From Candidatus Doudnabacteria bacterium (lineage in GTDB: Bacteria > Patescibacteriota > Doudnabacteria > UBA920), in assembly GCA_963768175.1 (NCBI GenBank), contig CAVYGQ010000001.1, positions 510,305 through 574,304 of the forward strand: DNA of 64,000 nucleotides, given 5' to 3'. The position numbers and the translations under genes are program-made. Shown one piece after another: positions 16,508 to 26,327 of the stretch. The notes beneath the pieces are model-generated. The model did no database searches. It was not told the origin of the DNA and saw only the letters and a program-made list of their open reading frames with translations. Position 1 is the first letter of the stretch; the number at the start of each line of letters is the position of its first letter.

Positions 16508-18262
16508 TTATTCCTTTGATACTCTCACCAGTTCCTCAATAGTCGTAATACCCCGTGCCGCCTTAATAAAACCGTCTTCCCACATTAAAATCATACCTTC
16601 TTTTTCCCCCTGTTCCTGAATTTCCTGGGAGCTTTTATGGGCCATGATCATTTGGGCTATAGCCGGAGTCACCTCCAATATTTCGTGAATGCCCAACCGG
16701 CCCCGGTAGCCGGTTTTGGAACACTTATCACAGCCCTCGCCTCTGTAAAACTTTACTTCTTTTAAGCTTTTGCATTTGGCCGGAGCCACTCCCGCGCGCG
16801 TTAAGACCGGCAAAAGTTTGTCCAAATGGAATTGCTTGGACAAAGCTTCTATCGCGGCATCATCCAAAACAAACGGTTTTTGGCAGTCTTTGCAAATTAC
16901 CCTGACTAACCTCTGGGCCAAAACGGCGTTTATGGTAGAAGCGATTAAGTATGGCTCCACGCCAATGTCTAAAAGCCTGGGCAGGGCCGAGGCCGCGTCG
17001 TTGGTATGCAAAGTGGAAAACACAATGTGCCCGGTCATGGCGGCGTGGACCGCCTCTTCGGCGGTTTCCTTGTCGCGGATTTCGCCGATCATAATAATAT
17101 TCGGGTCTTGCCGAAGCAACGCCCGCAGACCCACATCAAAAGTCAAACCGATTTTAGGATTAACCTGCATCTGGTTGGCGCCGACAATCCGGTATTCAAC
17201 GGGGTCTTCAATGGTGGAAATATTGACGCTTTTTGTATTAAGCATGGACAGCACAGTATACAAAGTCGTGGATTTTCCGCTGCCGGTCGGGCCGGTAACC
17301 AAAAGCATGCCGTGGGGTCTTTTTACGTTGCGGTTAATGACTTCATACGAATCTTTTTCAAAACCCAGCTCTTCCAAAGTCATGGCTTTGGCCGATTCGT
17401 CCAAAAGCCGGATAACGACTTTTTCACCGTCAAAAATCGGAATGGTGGATACGCGCAAAGAAAACTTATAGCCGTCTTTTTCTATTTTAAACCTTCCGTC
17501 CTGCGGCAGGCGATGCTCATCTATTTTTAGGTTGGAGATAACTTTAATGCGCGCAACAATTGCCGCCTGGATGACTTTAGGCAATGTCATAACATCGTGC
17601 AGGACTCCGTCTATGCGGTAACGCACGGTCACGGCGTTTTCCTGGGGCTCTATGTGGATGTCGCTGGCCTTTTCCAATACCGCGTATTCCAGCAGCGTGT
17701 CCACCACGCGGATAACCGGAATTTCCTCGGCCATTTTTTTTAAATTATCATCCTTCGCGCTTTCCCCTTCCGCTTGAGCAGCCAAGGGTTTGGATGACGG
17801 CGAAAACAAATGTTTTATTTCCTTTTCCAGGGAGGAATGGTATTTGGAAAGGCCAAAATCCAAACTGGCGCGGCCGATTAAAAAAGTCTTGATTTTCAGG
17901 CCGGTCTTTTTTTGGATAAACTCTTTGGTCTGGATATCTTCCGGATCCTGCATGGCTAAAGACAGCTCGTCCTTAGTTTTGGCAAAGCTAATAACCTGAT
18001 GGCGGTGGGCAATAGGCTCCGGCACCAAATTGAGCACGTCCTGGGGAATTTGCAGGGTGGTTAAATCTATAATCGGAGCACTAAGCAGCTGGCTTTTAAG
18101 CGCCAAAAGTTGCTGTTCAGTTACCGCTTTCTTTTCAATTAAAAAATCTTCCCAAGTTGTTGGGATTTTTACCTGAGACAAATCCTTTTCCAAAACTTCC
18201 AGCTTGTCCTCGGTTAAAATTTTATTTTGTTTTAAAGCCGTGTTTAACTCTTGTTTGTCCAT
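16508..18262 (-). CDS. pilB: Type IV pilus assembly ATPase PilB (GspE family)
   Basis: Walker A GPTGSGKST, GspE N-terminal domain, and the tetracysteine motif CKDC...CDKC. Confidence 0.85.
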   Translation of the reverse strand: MDKQELNTALKQNKILTEDKLEVLEKDLSQVKIPTTWEDFLIEKKAVTEQQLLALKSQLLSAPIIDLTTLQIPQDVLNLVPEPIAHRHQVISFAKTKDELSLAMQDPEDIQTKEFIQKKTGLKIKTFLIGRASLDFGLSKYHSSLEKEIKHLFSPSSKPLAAQAEGESAKDDNLKKMAEEIPVIRVVDTLLEYAVLEKASDIHIEPQENAVTVRYRIDGVLHDVMTLPKVIQAAIVARIKVISNLKIDEHRLPQDGRFKIEKDGYKFSLRVSTIPIFDGEKVVIRLLDESAKAMTLEELGFEKDSYEVINRNVKRPHGMLLVTGPTGSGKSTTLYTVLSMLNTKSVNISTIEDPVEYRIVGANQMQVNPKIGLTFDVGLRALLRQDPNIIMIGEIRDKETAEEAVHAAMTGHIVFSTLHTNDAASALPRLLDIGVEPYLIASTINAVLAQRLVRVICKDCQKPFVLDDAAIEALSKQFHLDKLLPVLTRAGVAPAKCKSLKEVKFYRGEGCDKCSKTGYRGRLGIHEILEVTPAIAQMIMAHKSSQEIQEQGEKEGMILMWEDGFIKAARGITTIEELVRVSKE

Positions 18263-18265
18263 TTG

Positions 18266-18365
18266 CCCGCCTAAATTTTGCCATTTTTGGCACGTTTAAT
18301 TGTTCATCCGCCGTTTGGTTTACTAATACATCCCTATAAGTATTGTATAGCAAAATTTAGGCGGG
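18266..18365 (-). promoter_or_regulatory. 16-bp perfect inverted repeat (CCCGCCTAAATTTTGC ... GCAAAATTTAGGCGGG) starting 4 nt upstream of the pilB start codon; candidate 5'-UTR hairpin or operator
   Basis: Seen in sequence; the arms are separated by about 68 bp. Confidence 0.4.
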
Positions 18366-18703
18366 TGAATTTTTGTTTCTTATACCTTAATTCGCTTAAT
18401 TATTATACCACAAAAAAACTATAGCTCAAAATAAATAAACAAATTCACACGAATACCGCAAACGAATAAACACAAATCCGAGATTCGTGTTTTCGTGCCT
18501 ATTTGTTATTAATTTATGTTAATTGGTGGCTAGCGATCCTGCCTTTCGACCCATTTGACTTAACTCAGGGTCGCCTCGAGTATAACCAAGATGGCGACAG
18601 GCTCAAGACAGGGTCTAGCGACCATGCCCGCCTTCTTGTAAAGCTTTCGACTTCGCCAAGGCTTCGTCGGACGAGTCGGCGGACTGCGGTCTATAATATA
18701 AAA

Positions 18704-20005
18704 TTATCTCCCCTGCCAGGTAAAAATGTAATAGATGGTTTTGAGAATAATTTCCAAATCAAACAGGAAACTGCGGTGTTTAATATAGTAGAGATCGTAT
18801 TGCAGTTTAAGCTTGGTTTCTTCCAGGCTTCCGGCGTAAATGTTCAGCTGGGCCCAGCCGGTTATGCCGGGTTTTACCAAATGCCTTTCGTCGTAAAACG
18901 GAATTTGTTTTTTTAAGTCCTCAACAATGTGCGGCTGTTCCGGGCGCGGTCCGACTAAGCTTATGTGACCAAGCAACAAATTAACAAACTGCGGCCATTC
19001 GTCTATGCGGCTCATGCGCAAAAATTTGCCGACCTTGGTTATGCGGGGATCGTTGACCGAAGTCCAGGTATTGGTGGGTCCGCCGCTCATGCTGCGGTAT
19101 TTATAAACTTTAAACAGCCGCCCCTGTTTGCCCACGCGCTCCTGCACAAACAGCACCGGGCCCGGGCTGGTTAATTTAATCGCTAGCGCGCAAAACGGAT
19201 AACTGATTAAAAATGCCAGCAGGCCGACAACGCCAAACAGAATATCAATTGTCCTTTTTACCAGATTGTAAAACCGCTTTTCCTGGTAATTGATGTTTTC
19301 CAAAAACCAAATTTCGTTGATTTGCGAAAGGTAAACGCGACGCAACAGCTGTTCGTAAAAAGTTTTGTGGTTGTAAAAACGCACGCCGGCGGTGCGCAGC
19401 TGGTAAAGCTGTTCGGCAATCTGCGAGTTAGCCTGGAGGTTGTCCGGCAAAATTACGCTGGAATTTTTATCCAAAGACGCCGTGGCCAAACTTTGCTGGT
19501 TCAAATGGCCCAAAACTTTATAACCCAAATATGCGTGCTGCACAATAGCCTCCTGCAACTCGGCCAGCTCGTTGTTAAAAGAAAAAAGATAAACGGATTC
19601 GGTCAGCCGGTTTTTAAACGCGTACTTGACCAGCAAATACCAAAGTAGCAGTAAAACAAACGCCACGCCTACCAGTAAAAGCAAAATGCGCCTGGGAGTT
19701 AAAATTAAGTTGGGCTGGAAATAAAAATAAATAATGGCCAAAACCAAATTTATGGCCATGGCCGAGATCAAATTAAAAAACAAACTGCTGTAGCGCCGAA
19801 ACGCCCGGATGTCAAACAGGCCGTGGATATAAAACACCAACGTCCAAAAAATATAAATTACGGTAAAGGCCTTCAGGTGGGCCTGCCAGTCTACGCCGCT
19901 TAAATTTCCCCCGTAACGAAGGAACACAGCCAGCCATAAGCTTAAATAAAGCAGGCAAATATACGGCAAAACTATTAATAAGAAACGCAGGCTTGGACGC
20001 GACAT
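18704..20005 (-). CDS. Polyprenyl-phosphate hexose-1-phosphate transferase (WbaP/PglC-type bacterial sugar transferase); priming enzyme of the glycan locus
   Basis: 4-5 N-terminal TM helices plus the C-terminal sugar-transferase domain (KLTSPGPVLFVQERVG...YRSM...PGITGWAQ). Confidence 0.8.
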   Translation of the reverse strand: MSRPSLRFLLIVLPYICLLYLSLWLAVFLRYGGNLSGVDWQAHLKAFTVIYIFWTLVFYIHGLFDIRAFRRYSSLFFNLISAMAINLVLAIIYFYFQPNLILTPRRILLLLVGVAFVLLLLWYLLVKYAFKNRLTESVYLFSFNNELAELQEAIVQHAYLGYKVLGHLNQQSLATASLDKNSSVILPDNLQANSQIAEQLYQLRTAGVRFYNHKTFYEQLLRRVYLSQINEIWFLENINYQEKRFYNLVKRTIDILFGVVGLLAFLISYPFCALAIKLTSPGPVLFVQERVGKQGRLFKVYKYRSMSGGPTNTWTSVNDPRITKVGKFLRMSRIDEWPQFVNLLLGHISLVGPRPEQPHIVEDLKKQIPFYDERHLVKPGITGWAQLNIYAGSLEETKLKLQYDLYYIKHRSFLFDLEIILKTIYYIFTWQGR

Positions 20006-20030
20006 AAAAGAATAAATTACAAATGAAACG

Positions 20031-20780
20031 CTAAAAACCCATAATAATCCGCAATTTTAGTATTATTTTGGCCGGATAATAATTCGGGTAGCCCTCCCGG
20101 TTAATTTGCATTTGCTCAAGCTGCTCCCTTAAAATACTGCGGAACCTCTCCTTATTATAGTGCGGCAAGGTGTAGTTGGTAAATACCTCTTGGAAATTAT
20201 ACACTTTACCAAGCTTGCCCAGCCTGAGCCATAAGCCGTAATCTTCGGCTTCATCACGCCGGCCGGGCAAAAAACCGCCCGATCTTAATGCCTCTTCCCG
20301 CTTGAACATGACGGTGGAGGTAAAAAAATTGTTTCTCAAAAGCATGGTGGAGCGGATATCCTTGTCGGTTTCTACCCGAAATTTGGCGCCTAATGACTTA
20401 TCCGCGTCTATCATCATTATGCCGCCTCCCGTTAGTACGACATCCGGATATTTTTGGAAATAGTCAATTTGTTTTTGCAGCTTTTGCGCGTCCACCCATT
20501 CGTCGTCGTCGTCAAGCGGGGCAATATACTGTCCCAAGCTTTCCTGCAAAGCTTCGTTGCGGCTAAAAATTTTACCTTTTGACTGCTGATGATTAATATC
20601 TTTAAGCGGCATGCCTTGCCTTTTAAATTGCTCTATTACGGACGCCGTTTCGTCGGTGGAGCTGTCATTAATCAACACAACCTCGTAATCACCAAAACTT
20701 TGGCTGGCAACGCTCCGCAAAGCCCGGACCAATAACGGAGCGCGGTTTTTTGTTAAAATATTTACCGATATCAAAGGCAT
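20031..20780 (-). CDS. Glycosyltransferase family 2
   Basis: ISVNILTKN...DSSTDET and a DDDD motif. Confidence 0.7.
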   Translation of the reverse strand: MPLISVNILTKNRAPLLVRALRSVASQSFGDYEVVLINDSSTDETASVIEQFKRQGMPLKDINHQQSKGKIFSRNEALQESLGQYIAPLDDDDEWVDAQKLQKQIDYFQKYPDVVLTGGGIMMIDADKSLGAKFRVETDKDIRSTMLLRNNFFTSTVMFKREEALRSGGFLPGRRDEAEDYGLWLRLGKLGKVYNFQEVFTNYTLPHYNKERFRSILREQLEQMQINREGYPNYYPAKIILKLRIIMGF

Positions 20781-20784
20781 AAAT

Positions 20785-21603
20785 TTACTTTTTAATTTCC
20801 GCAAAATAATTGGTGGTCAAAAAAATCTCCTCGGTTTCACTGTACACTTTTATAGGATACAGCCCGTTTTTTAAAATCCGGTAAATATTATAATCGTTGC
20901 CCAAAAGCCGGAAAAAATCCTTAAAATAAATCCTGGAATCTATAGCCGTGCCGCCGAACTCAAACTGCAGAAAGCGGATTTTTTTGGCCTTGAGCATTTG
21001 CGCGGCTCCGCGCAAAATCGCCAGTTCGTGGCCTTCCACGTCAATTTTCAAAAAATCAATAAACCCGATAGGGTTCTGCGAACAAAAACTGTCCAAAGTT
21101 GCCAGTTGTACGGTTTCGCGCTTGTTCAAAAAAATCTTACTTTCAGCCAGGTCACGGTCATAAAGCGAAGCCAGCTCGCTTCCGCCGGCATCCTCAAACA
21201 GGACCGCGGTTTTATCGGTATCGCTCAAACCGAGATTAAAAGTTTTGATATTTTTAAAGGCTTGCGCCTGTGATTTTAGTTTGGCAAAGCCCGAAGCGGA
21301 AGGCTCAAAGGAATAAATCACAAACGGACGGCGGCTTTGTTCAAAAATCTCATTCAGCAATAAGCTGTAATTGCCGGCATTGGCCCCGACGTCAAAAAAG
21401 ACAGCCGGCCGTCCTAAAACGAATTTTAATAACGACCGGCAAACATATTCTGCGGCGAACTTTTCCCCGCTGGTCCGGAAATTTCCCGCCCCGCCCGCAT
21501 TCATGCCTTTTAAGGAAAGCAAATAAAGGTTCCGGAATAAAAACTGGAATTGTTTTTTGCCCAGCCAGGGACTTAGGAAAAATTTTAGGATTTTTTTTGA
21601 CAT
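20785..21603 (-). CDS. FkbM-family SAM-dependent methyltransferase
   Basis: FDVGANAGNYS motif with FkbM domain layout. Confidence 0.6.
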   Translation of the reverse strand: MSKKILKFFLSPWLGKKQFQFLFRNLYLLSLKGMNAGGAGNFRTSGEKFAAEYVCRSLLKFVLGRPAVFFDVGANAGNYSLLLNEIFEQSRRPFVIYSFEPSASGFAKLKSQAQAFKNIKTFNLGLSDTDKTAVLFEDAGGSELASLYDRDLAESKIFLNKRETVQLATLDSFCSQNPIGFIDFLKIDVEGHELAILRGAAQMLKAKKIRFLQFEFGGTAIDSRIYFKDFFRLLGNDYNIYRILKNGLYPIKVYSETEEIFLTTNYFAEIKK

Positions 21604-22808
21604 TATTTTGCTAATGTAACTTCCTCATTAGATTTACCAAAAACTGTTTGCTTAAAAAACCGCCAAAGCTTAACCGGCCAATCTTTGTCCATGCACGGCC
21701 GCTCGATTAACAAATAAAACACCCCGCAAAACACCAAAACGCATGGTAACATAATAGCAGATTGGACCAATAAAGTCAGCGGGTAAGAGCCGGCGAAACG
21801 GATAAAGGTAATATGGTTGCCTACGGCCGAGATTACGGTGTCATGCCACAAATAAATGGAATAGCACATGCCGCCAATGATGGCTAGCCAGCGCAGACTA
21901 AAAATCCGTTTCCATAGTCCGTCCGTTAAGGCCAGCATAAAAACCCCAAAGAGCAAAACTATAAAAATATACTCATTGTATAAATGGGAATATAAATCCA
22001 GATAAGGCATGGCGGCCAGCATCAGCAGCCCCCCCGTAAAACTTAAGGAGCGGCTAATTTTAAGTTGCCAGCCATTAAGGTAAAAATCCAGCAGCAAAAA
22101 TCCGAGCAAAAAATATTGGATAAAATTATAGACCGCCAAATACGGCGTCGGAAAGATATGCTGAAGCAGGATCGCCAAAACAATTGCGTTTGTTAAAATT
22201 GTCCTGCGGTAAATTTTCGGCAGCTTTAAGATTAGCACCAAAACAGGCAACAAAATATAAAATTGAATTTCTATTTCCAACGACCAAAGCACCGGCGACA
22301 GCGGCGTTTGGTTAACGAACAAAATATTGTGCATGTAAATTAAAGACGAACCGACAACCGGAAATAAGCCCCAAAAACTTTTGTCCGGAAAAAATGAGCC
22401 AAACTGGTGGCTGCCGAAAAAAACCAGCAACACGGCCAAAGCCAAAACCGTTAAAATGTAAGGCGGCTCCAGCCTGGTCAGTCTCCGCAAAAAATATTTT
22501 TTTATGCTGACCGGTTTGCCGTTTTGCCAAAAAGCTTTGGCAAACGGCATAGCCAAAATAAAACCGCTGATGGCAAAAAACAGCAGCACTCCTTTGCGAC
22601 CGTTAATATAAAACATATAATAAAGCGGCCAGACAGCTTGGGGCCTGACCGAGGCGGCAAAGACCACCTTGTTGGTTACAAAGGTATTTATGTGCTCAAA
22701 AATCACCAGCAGCAAGGCTAAAAACCTTAAACCGTCTATTTGGGGGATGAACGCGGTGGAGACGGTTTTGCGCTGCAGGTGGCTGTATAAATCGCCAATT
22801 TTAAACAT
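21603..22808 (-). CDS. Acyltransferase family 3 (OatA-like membrane O-acyltransferase)
   Basis: About 10 TM helices; conserved H and R near the N-terminus (FEHINTF). Confidence 0.65.
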   Translation of the reverse strand: MFKIGDLYSHLQRKTVSTAFIPQIDGLRFLALLLVIFEHINTFVTNKVVFAASVRPQAVWPLYYMFYINGRKGVLLFFAISGFILAMPFAKAFWQNGKPVSIKKYFLRRLTRLEPPYILTVLALAVLLVFFGSHQFGSFFPDKSFWGLFPVVGSSLIYMHNILFVNQTPLSPVLWSLEIEIQFYILLPVLVLILKLPKIYRRTILTNAIVLAILLQHIFPTPYLAVYNFIQYFLLGFLLLDFYLNGWQLKISRSLSFTGGLLMLAAMPYLDLYSHLYNEYIFIVLLFGVFMLALTDGLWKRIFSLRWLAIIGGMCYSIYLWHDTVISAVGNHITFIRFAGSYPLTLLVQSAIMLPCVLVFCGVFYLLIERPCMDKDWPVKLWRFFKQTVFGKSNEEVTLAK

Positions 22809-22859
22809 ATAATTGTCAGAGTTTACGCCGTCCCTAAAAGCGGCGACGTGGTACTCATG

Positions 22860-23594
22860 TCATTTCGTGAATTCAAACATCCCGCAGGCATACCAAGCCT
22901 GTTCGTAATCTTGCCATTGGGTGTTTTCGTAATACCTGCCGTCGTCCCCGACCGCGGAAAAACTTAAAAGCTTAAGGCCGGAAAAATATTCCAAAATGGT
23001 TTTGGGGTTGTGCACGCGGTGGGCGTTAAAATAAGTAGCGGGCTTGCCCACCGGCAAAGCAAAATACAGCTTGCCGCCCGGGGCCAAAACCCGCGCCAGC
23101 TCCAAGCAGGCTTTTTGCGTGCCCAGCGGATCCAAGGGGTCGCCGTACCTGCCCAGACCGATGTGCTCGGCCACGTGCAGGCAGGACAAAGACTTTAAGG
23201 AATTATCCGGATACGGCATGGCCAAAATACTGCCTTGGGTAACTTCAAAATTGTCAAAGTCCGGCTTCACCGGCCTGATATCCACAAAAGTGGTAGGGGC
23301 AACCGTAGAGGCCATGGACAAAAAACGGATGGACGAACCCACGTCCACATGGTTGCTTGGCCGGGCATGTTGCAAAAATTTAAACGCCCAGCGGTCCATA
23401 TAAACATAATGCTTGTCAAAAGTATGTGACGAGGGGTCTTTATCAAAAACCAAAGGCAATACGTAAAAAGGCGTGCGGATATTTTCGCTCCTTAACATGG
23501 CGCGGTATTTAAACAAGTCGCGTCCATACCAAAACGGGGCTTTAATTAAAGCCTTAAGTAGGCGCCAAATTCTGCGAAAAATCTTTTTTATCAT
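22860..23594 (-). CDS. Putative SAM-dependent methyltransferase (DUF268-like)
   Basis: VDVGSS motif I-like and a D/E acidic loop. Weak assignment. Confidence 0.35.
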   Translation of the reverse strand: MIKKIFRRIWRLLKALIKAPFWYGRDLFKYRAMLRSENIRTPFYVLPLVFDKDPSSHTFDKHYVYMDRWAFKFLQHARPSNHVDVGSSIRFLSMASTVAPTTFVDIRPVKPDFDNFEVTQGSILAMPYPDNSLKSLSCLHVAEHIGLGRYGDPLDPLGTQKACLELARVLAPGGKLYFALPVGKPATYFNAHRVHNPKTILEYFSGLKLLSFSAVGDDGRYYENTQWQDYEQAWYACGMFEFTK

Positions 23595-23694
23595 AACCTT
23601 TTCAGAATTTACAGGGTAAAAGGGTAAAATAAACTCTAAGGTAAGCCGGAGCTACTTTTACAGTTGATAAAATTCCTGAGGGGTAACTTTAAAT

Positions 23695-24615
23695 TCAATC
23701 TTTTATAACGTCTAAAAATTTTTGGGCAACAACCGCATTGGTAAAATTTTGCAGATGATATTGCCGGGGAGAAAAATTATTGATTTGCGATAAGAAACCC
23801 TCCAGCCTGTCTGCGAAATCTTCGCTGCCGGAAAAAAACACTCCCACCTGCGAGGTTAAATAAGGCGCCGGGCTGCTGGTTTGCCATTCATAATTTTTTG
23901 TTTTTAAATGGCCGCCACTGTACACCAAAGTAGGAACATTAAACATCCAGGCCTCATGCAGGGCCAGCCCCTGGCTTTCGGAAGCCGATAAAAAAACCAT
24001 AAACTTACTCTTGGCCAACTTTTTTAAATAATCAACCCTGGCGTATTTCCCGTATTCTGCCACAAAATAAGGAATTTTTCTTGCGACCAAAACCTTAAGT
24101 ACTGCCAAAAAAGTTTTATTGTCGGGATTTTTTTTATAAACCACACAGCCGGTCCGTTCTTTAGCCAGGACGGTATCGGCCAAAGTTTCCACGCCAGCGG
24201 CCCAAACCCGGATTTTTTGCTTGAATCCGGGGTGAAAAGAATCGCAATACTCGCCGACCCATGGACTGGGCACCAAATAAACATCAATTTCCGGATGGTA
24301 AATAAGGCCCTTGTGCTGAAGCGGGAACGAAGTAATCCCCGGACCGGCAACAATCTTTTTTATTAAACCAGCTTGCTTCTTTTTGATGATTGCTTTAAGC
24401 GTGAAAGCGCCGCTAATCACACATGCGACGTCTATGGGCTGAGCCAAAGGCTGATTCAGAAAAAAAGGGACGTTAAGCTCCCGCAGTCCGCTGTACAAAC
24501 TTTGCTCCATGGCGCCAAGGCCTCCCCGGCTACGGCCGATCAGTTTTTTTACCCAATTTTTCGCCGCCCCCCGCGCGGTAAAAGCCTCGTCAAAAATATA
24601 TAACGGTTGCTCCAT
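23695..24615 (-). CDS. Putative GT-B fold glycosyltransferase, short form
   Basis: ESQGLALHEAW E-x7-E-like motif in the C-terminal half. Confidence 0.4.
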   Translation of the reverse strand: MEQPLYIFDEAFTARGAAKNWVKKLIGRSRGGLGAMEQSLYSGLRELNVPFFLNQPLAQPIDVACVISGAFTLKAIIKKKQAGLIKKIVAGPGITSFPLQHKGLIYHPEIDVYLVPSPWVGEYCDSFHPGFKQKIRVWAAGVETLADTVLAKERTGCVVYKKNPDNKTFLAVLKVLVARKIPYFVAEYGKYARVDYLKKLAKSKFMVFLSASESQGLALHEAWMFNVPTLVYSGGHLKTKNYEWQTSSPAPYLTSQVGVFFSGSEDFADRLEGFLSQINNFSPRQYHLQNFTNAVVAQKFLDVIKD

Positions 24616-24620
24616 ATTAA

Positions 24621-25232
24621 TTATTTGGGTTTGCGCCCGTGCCTGGCCGCAATATGGTCAAAATAATCCTGGAAGTAACTGGTAATCAAATGCAGTATCG
24701 CGTTGTGTACGCTTTCCACCACGGAATATTTTCCGGCTTGGGTTTTGATTAAAATTTTTGCGTCGGCAAGTTTGTTAAGCTGCCCGCCGGTAAAGCCCGA
24801 CAAGCCGATAACCGGAATATGCCGGCTTTTGGCCAGCTCCACGGCCTTAATAATGTTTTTAGACTTACCGGAACTGCTGATGGCAATAACGCAGTCGCTT
24901 TCCTGCAGGTAATTCTGCAGGGGTCCGGCAAAAACCATTTCATAACCCACGTCATTGGCCCAGGCGGACAGCTCCTCTTCCGTGCTCGGCAAGCGCATAG
25001 TCTGAAAGCGCTTGGTTTGGGAGCTTAAATTGTGGTCAAACACCGTTTTATTGAAATCCGCCACCCAGTGCGTGGCCATGGCCAGCGATCCGCCATTGCC
25101 GAAAACATAAATCCGCCCGTCCCGCTCGTAAACCGATTGGATAATATTAATAGCCTTGGCTATTTCTTCCGCGGGCAATTGTTTTAACTGCAACGCCACT
25201 TCGTCCGCGAATTTTTCAATATAGTTAAGCAT
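24621..25232 (-). CDS. gmhA: Phosphoheptose isomerase (SIS domain)
   Basis: VFGNGGSLAMATH...SSSG SIS motifs; 203 aa. Confidence 0.7.
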   Translation of the reverse strand: MLNYIEKFADEVALQLKQLPAEEIAKAINIIQSVYERDGRIYVFGNGGSLAMATHWVADFNKTVFDHNLSSQTKRFQTMRLPSTEEELSAWANDVGYEMVFAGPLQNYLQESDCVIAISSSGKSKNIIKAVELAKSRHIPVIGLSGFTGGQLNKLADAKILIKTQAGKYSVVESVHNAILHLITSYFQDYFDHIAARHGRKPK

Positions 25233-25269
25233 AAATATTCATAGAAAAATTTAATTATTAACCGAAGAA

Positions 25270-26265
25270 TTAAATAATATATCCACGCCGGATTGGGAAA
25301 ATCCAAACGGGATTTCCCAAGACTTCCCGTAATTTATTTTTTTTCGCCTGCTTGTCCAAAACGGCTTTTATCTTTTCGTGATTTCTTGGCGGAGCCAAAA
25401 ACAGCAGGCAGCCGCCGCCGCCAGCTCCCAAAATTTTTCCGCCCCAGGCACCGGCCTTTATACCGGTTTCATATAAAGAGTCAATCTGCGTATTACTGAC
25501 GTTCACGCCTAGGCTTTTTTTCCTAAGCCAGCCCTCGTGGAGCATTTCCGCGGCCGCCTTAAAATTGCCGGCTACGATATAATCCCGGAATTTCGGCACG
25601 GAATCGGACATTTTTTTATAGGTTTCAAAATTTTCGGAAACTTTTTTGCTCTGTTCGCCCAGCACGCTGGAAGCATTTCTGGTTATGCCAGTATAATAAA
25701 GCAGTAAGTGGTCTTCCAAAGCGGTCCGGACTTTAAAATCCAAAAACACCGGTTCAACCAAAACGCTGCCGTCGGGATTAAAAGTTATAACGTTAAAACC
25801 ACCAAAAGCCGCCGCGTATTGGTCCTGCTTGCCTATAGGTTCCTTTAAAATATCAATTTCCAACCGGCTGGCGGCTTCCGCGGCTTGGGCTTTGCCGATG
25901 GTCTTGCCCATATAAGCATTCAGAGCCTTAATTAGCGCCACGGAAAAACTGGAAGATGAGCCGAGCCCGGTTTTTGCGGGCAAATCCATAAACGAAGCAA
26001 TTTCCATACCCTTGCTAACCAAGCCTAAATCCAGCAAAGACTCCCGGAAACGGTCATGAATTAAGTCTTTCGGGTGTTTAACGACTTCCGTTTCCCGATA
26101 CTTCATTATGAACTCATGCAAAAAATCCGCCGGGTTTACCACAATGTAAACAAACTTGTCTATGGTGGTGGAAATTACCCTGCCCGGATAGCGGCTGTAA
26201 AAACTTTTTAAGTCGGTCCCTCCTCCCACAAAGCTTATCCGTAAAGGCGCGCGCGCGATAATCAT
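25270..26265 (-). CDS. hddA: GHMP kinase, D-glycero-alpha-D-manno-heptose 7-phosphate kinase-like
   Basis: RAPLRISFVGGGTDL N-terminus and the GHMP motif PAKTGLGSSSS. Confidence 0.7.
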   Translation of the reverse strand: MIIARAPLRISFVGGGTDLKSFYSRYPGRVISTTIDKFVYIVVNPADFLHEFIMKYRETEVVKHPKDLIHDRFRESLLDLGLVSKGMEIASFMDLPAKTGLGSSSSFSVALIKALNAYMGKTIGKAQAAEAASRLEIDILKEPIGKQDQYAAAFGGFNVITFNPDGSVLVEPVFLDFKVRTALEDHLLLYYTGITRNASSVLGEQSKKVSENFETYKKMSDSVPKFRDYIVAGNFKAAAEMLHEGWLRKKSLGVNVSNTQIDSLYETGIKAGAWGGKILGAGGGGCLLFLAPPRNHEKIKAVLDKQAKKNKLREVLGNPVWIFPIRRGYII

Positions 26266-26327
26266 AGTTTTTAAATTAAATCATACTTTATTAAGTTTAG
26301 CATTTTCCCGCAAACTTGAAAACCGCC

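Noticed and set aside
18503-18916. 137-aa plus-strand ORF
   Set aside because: It is antisense to the 3' end of the WbaP-like transferase and to the structured intergenic segment; no motif supports it.
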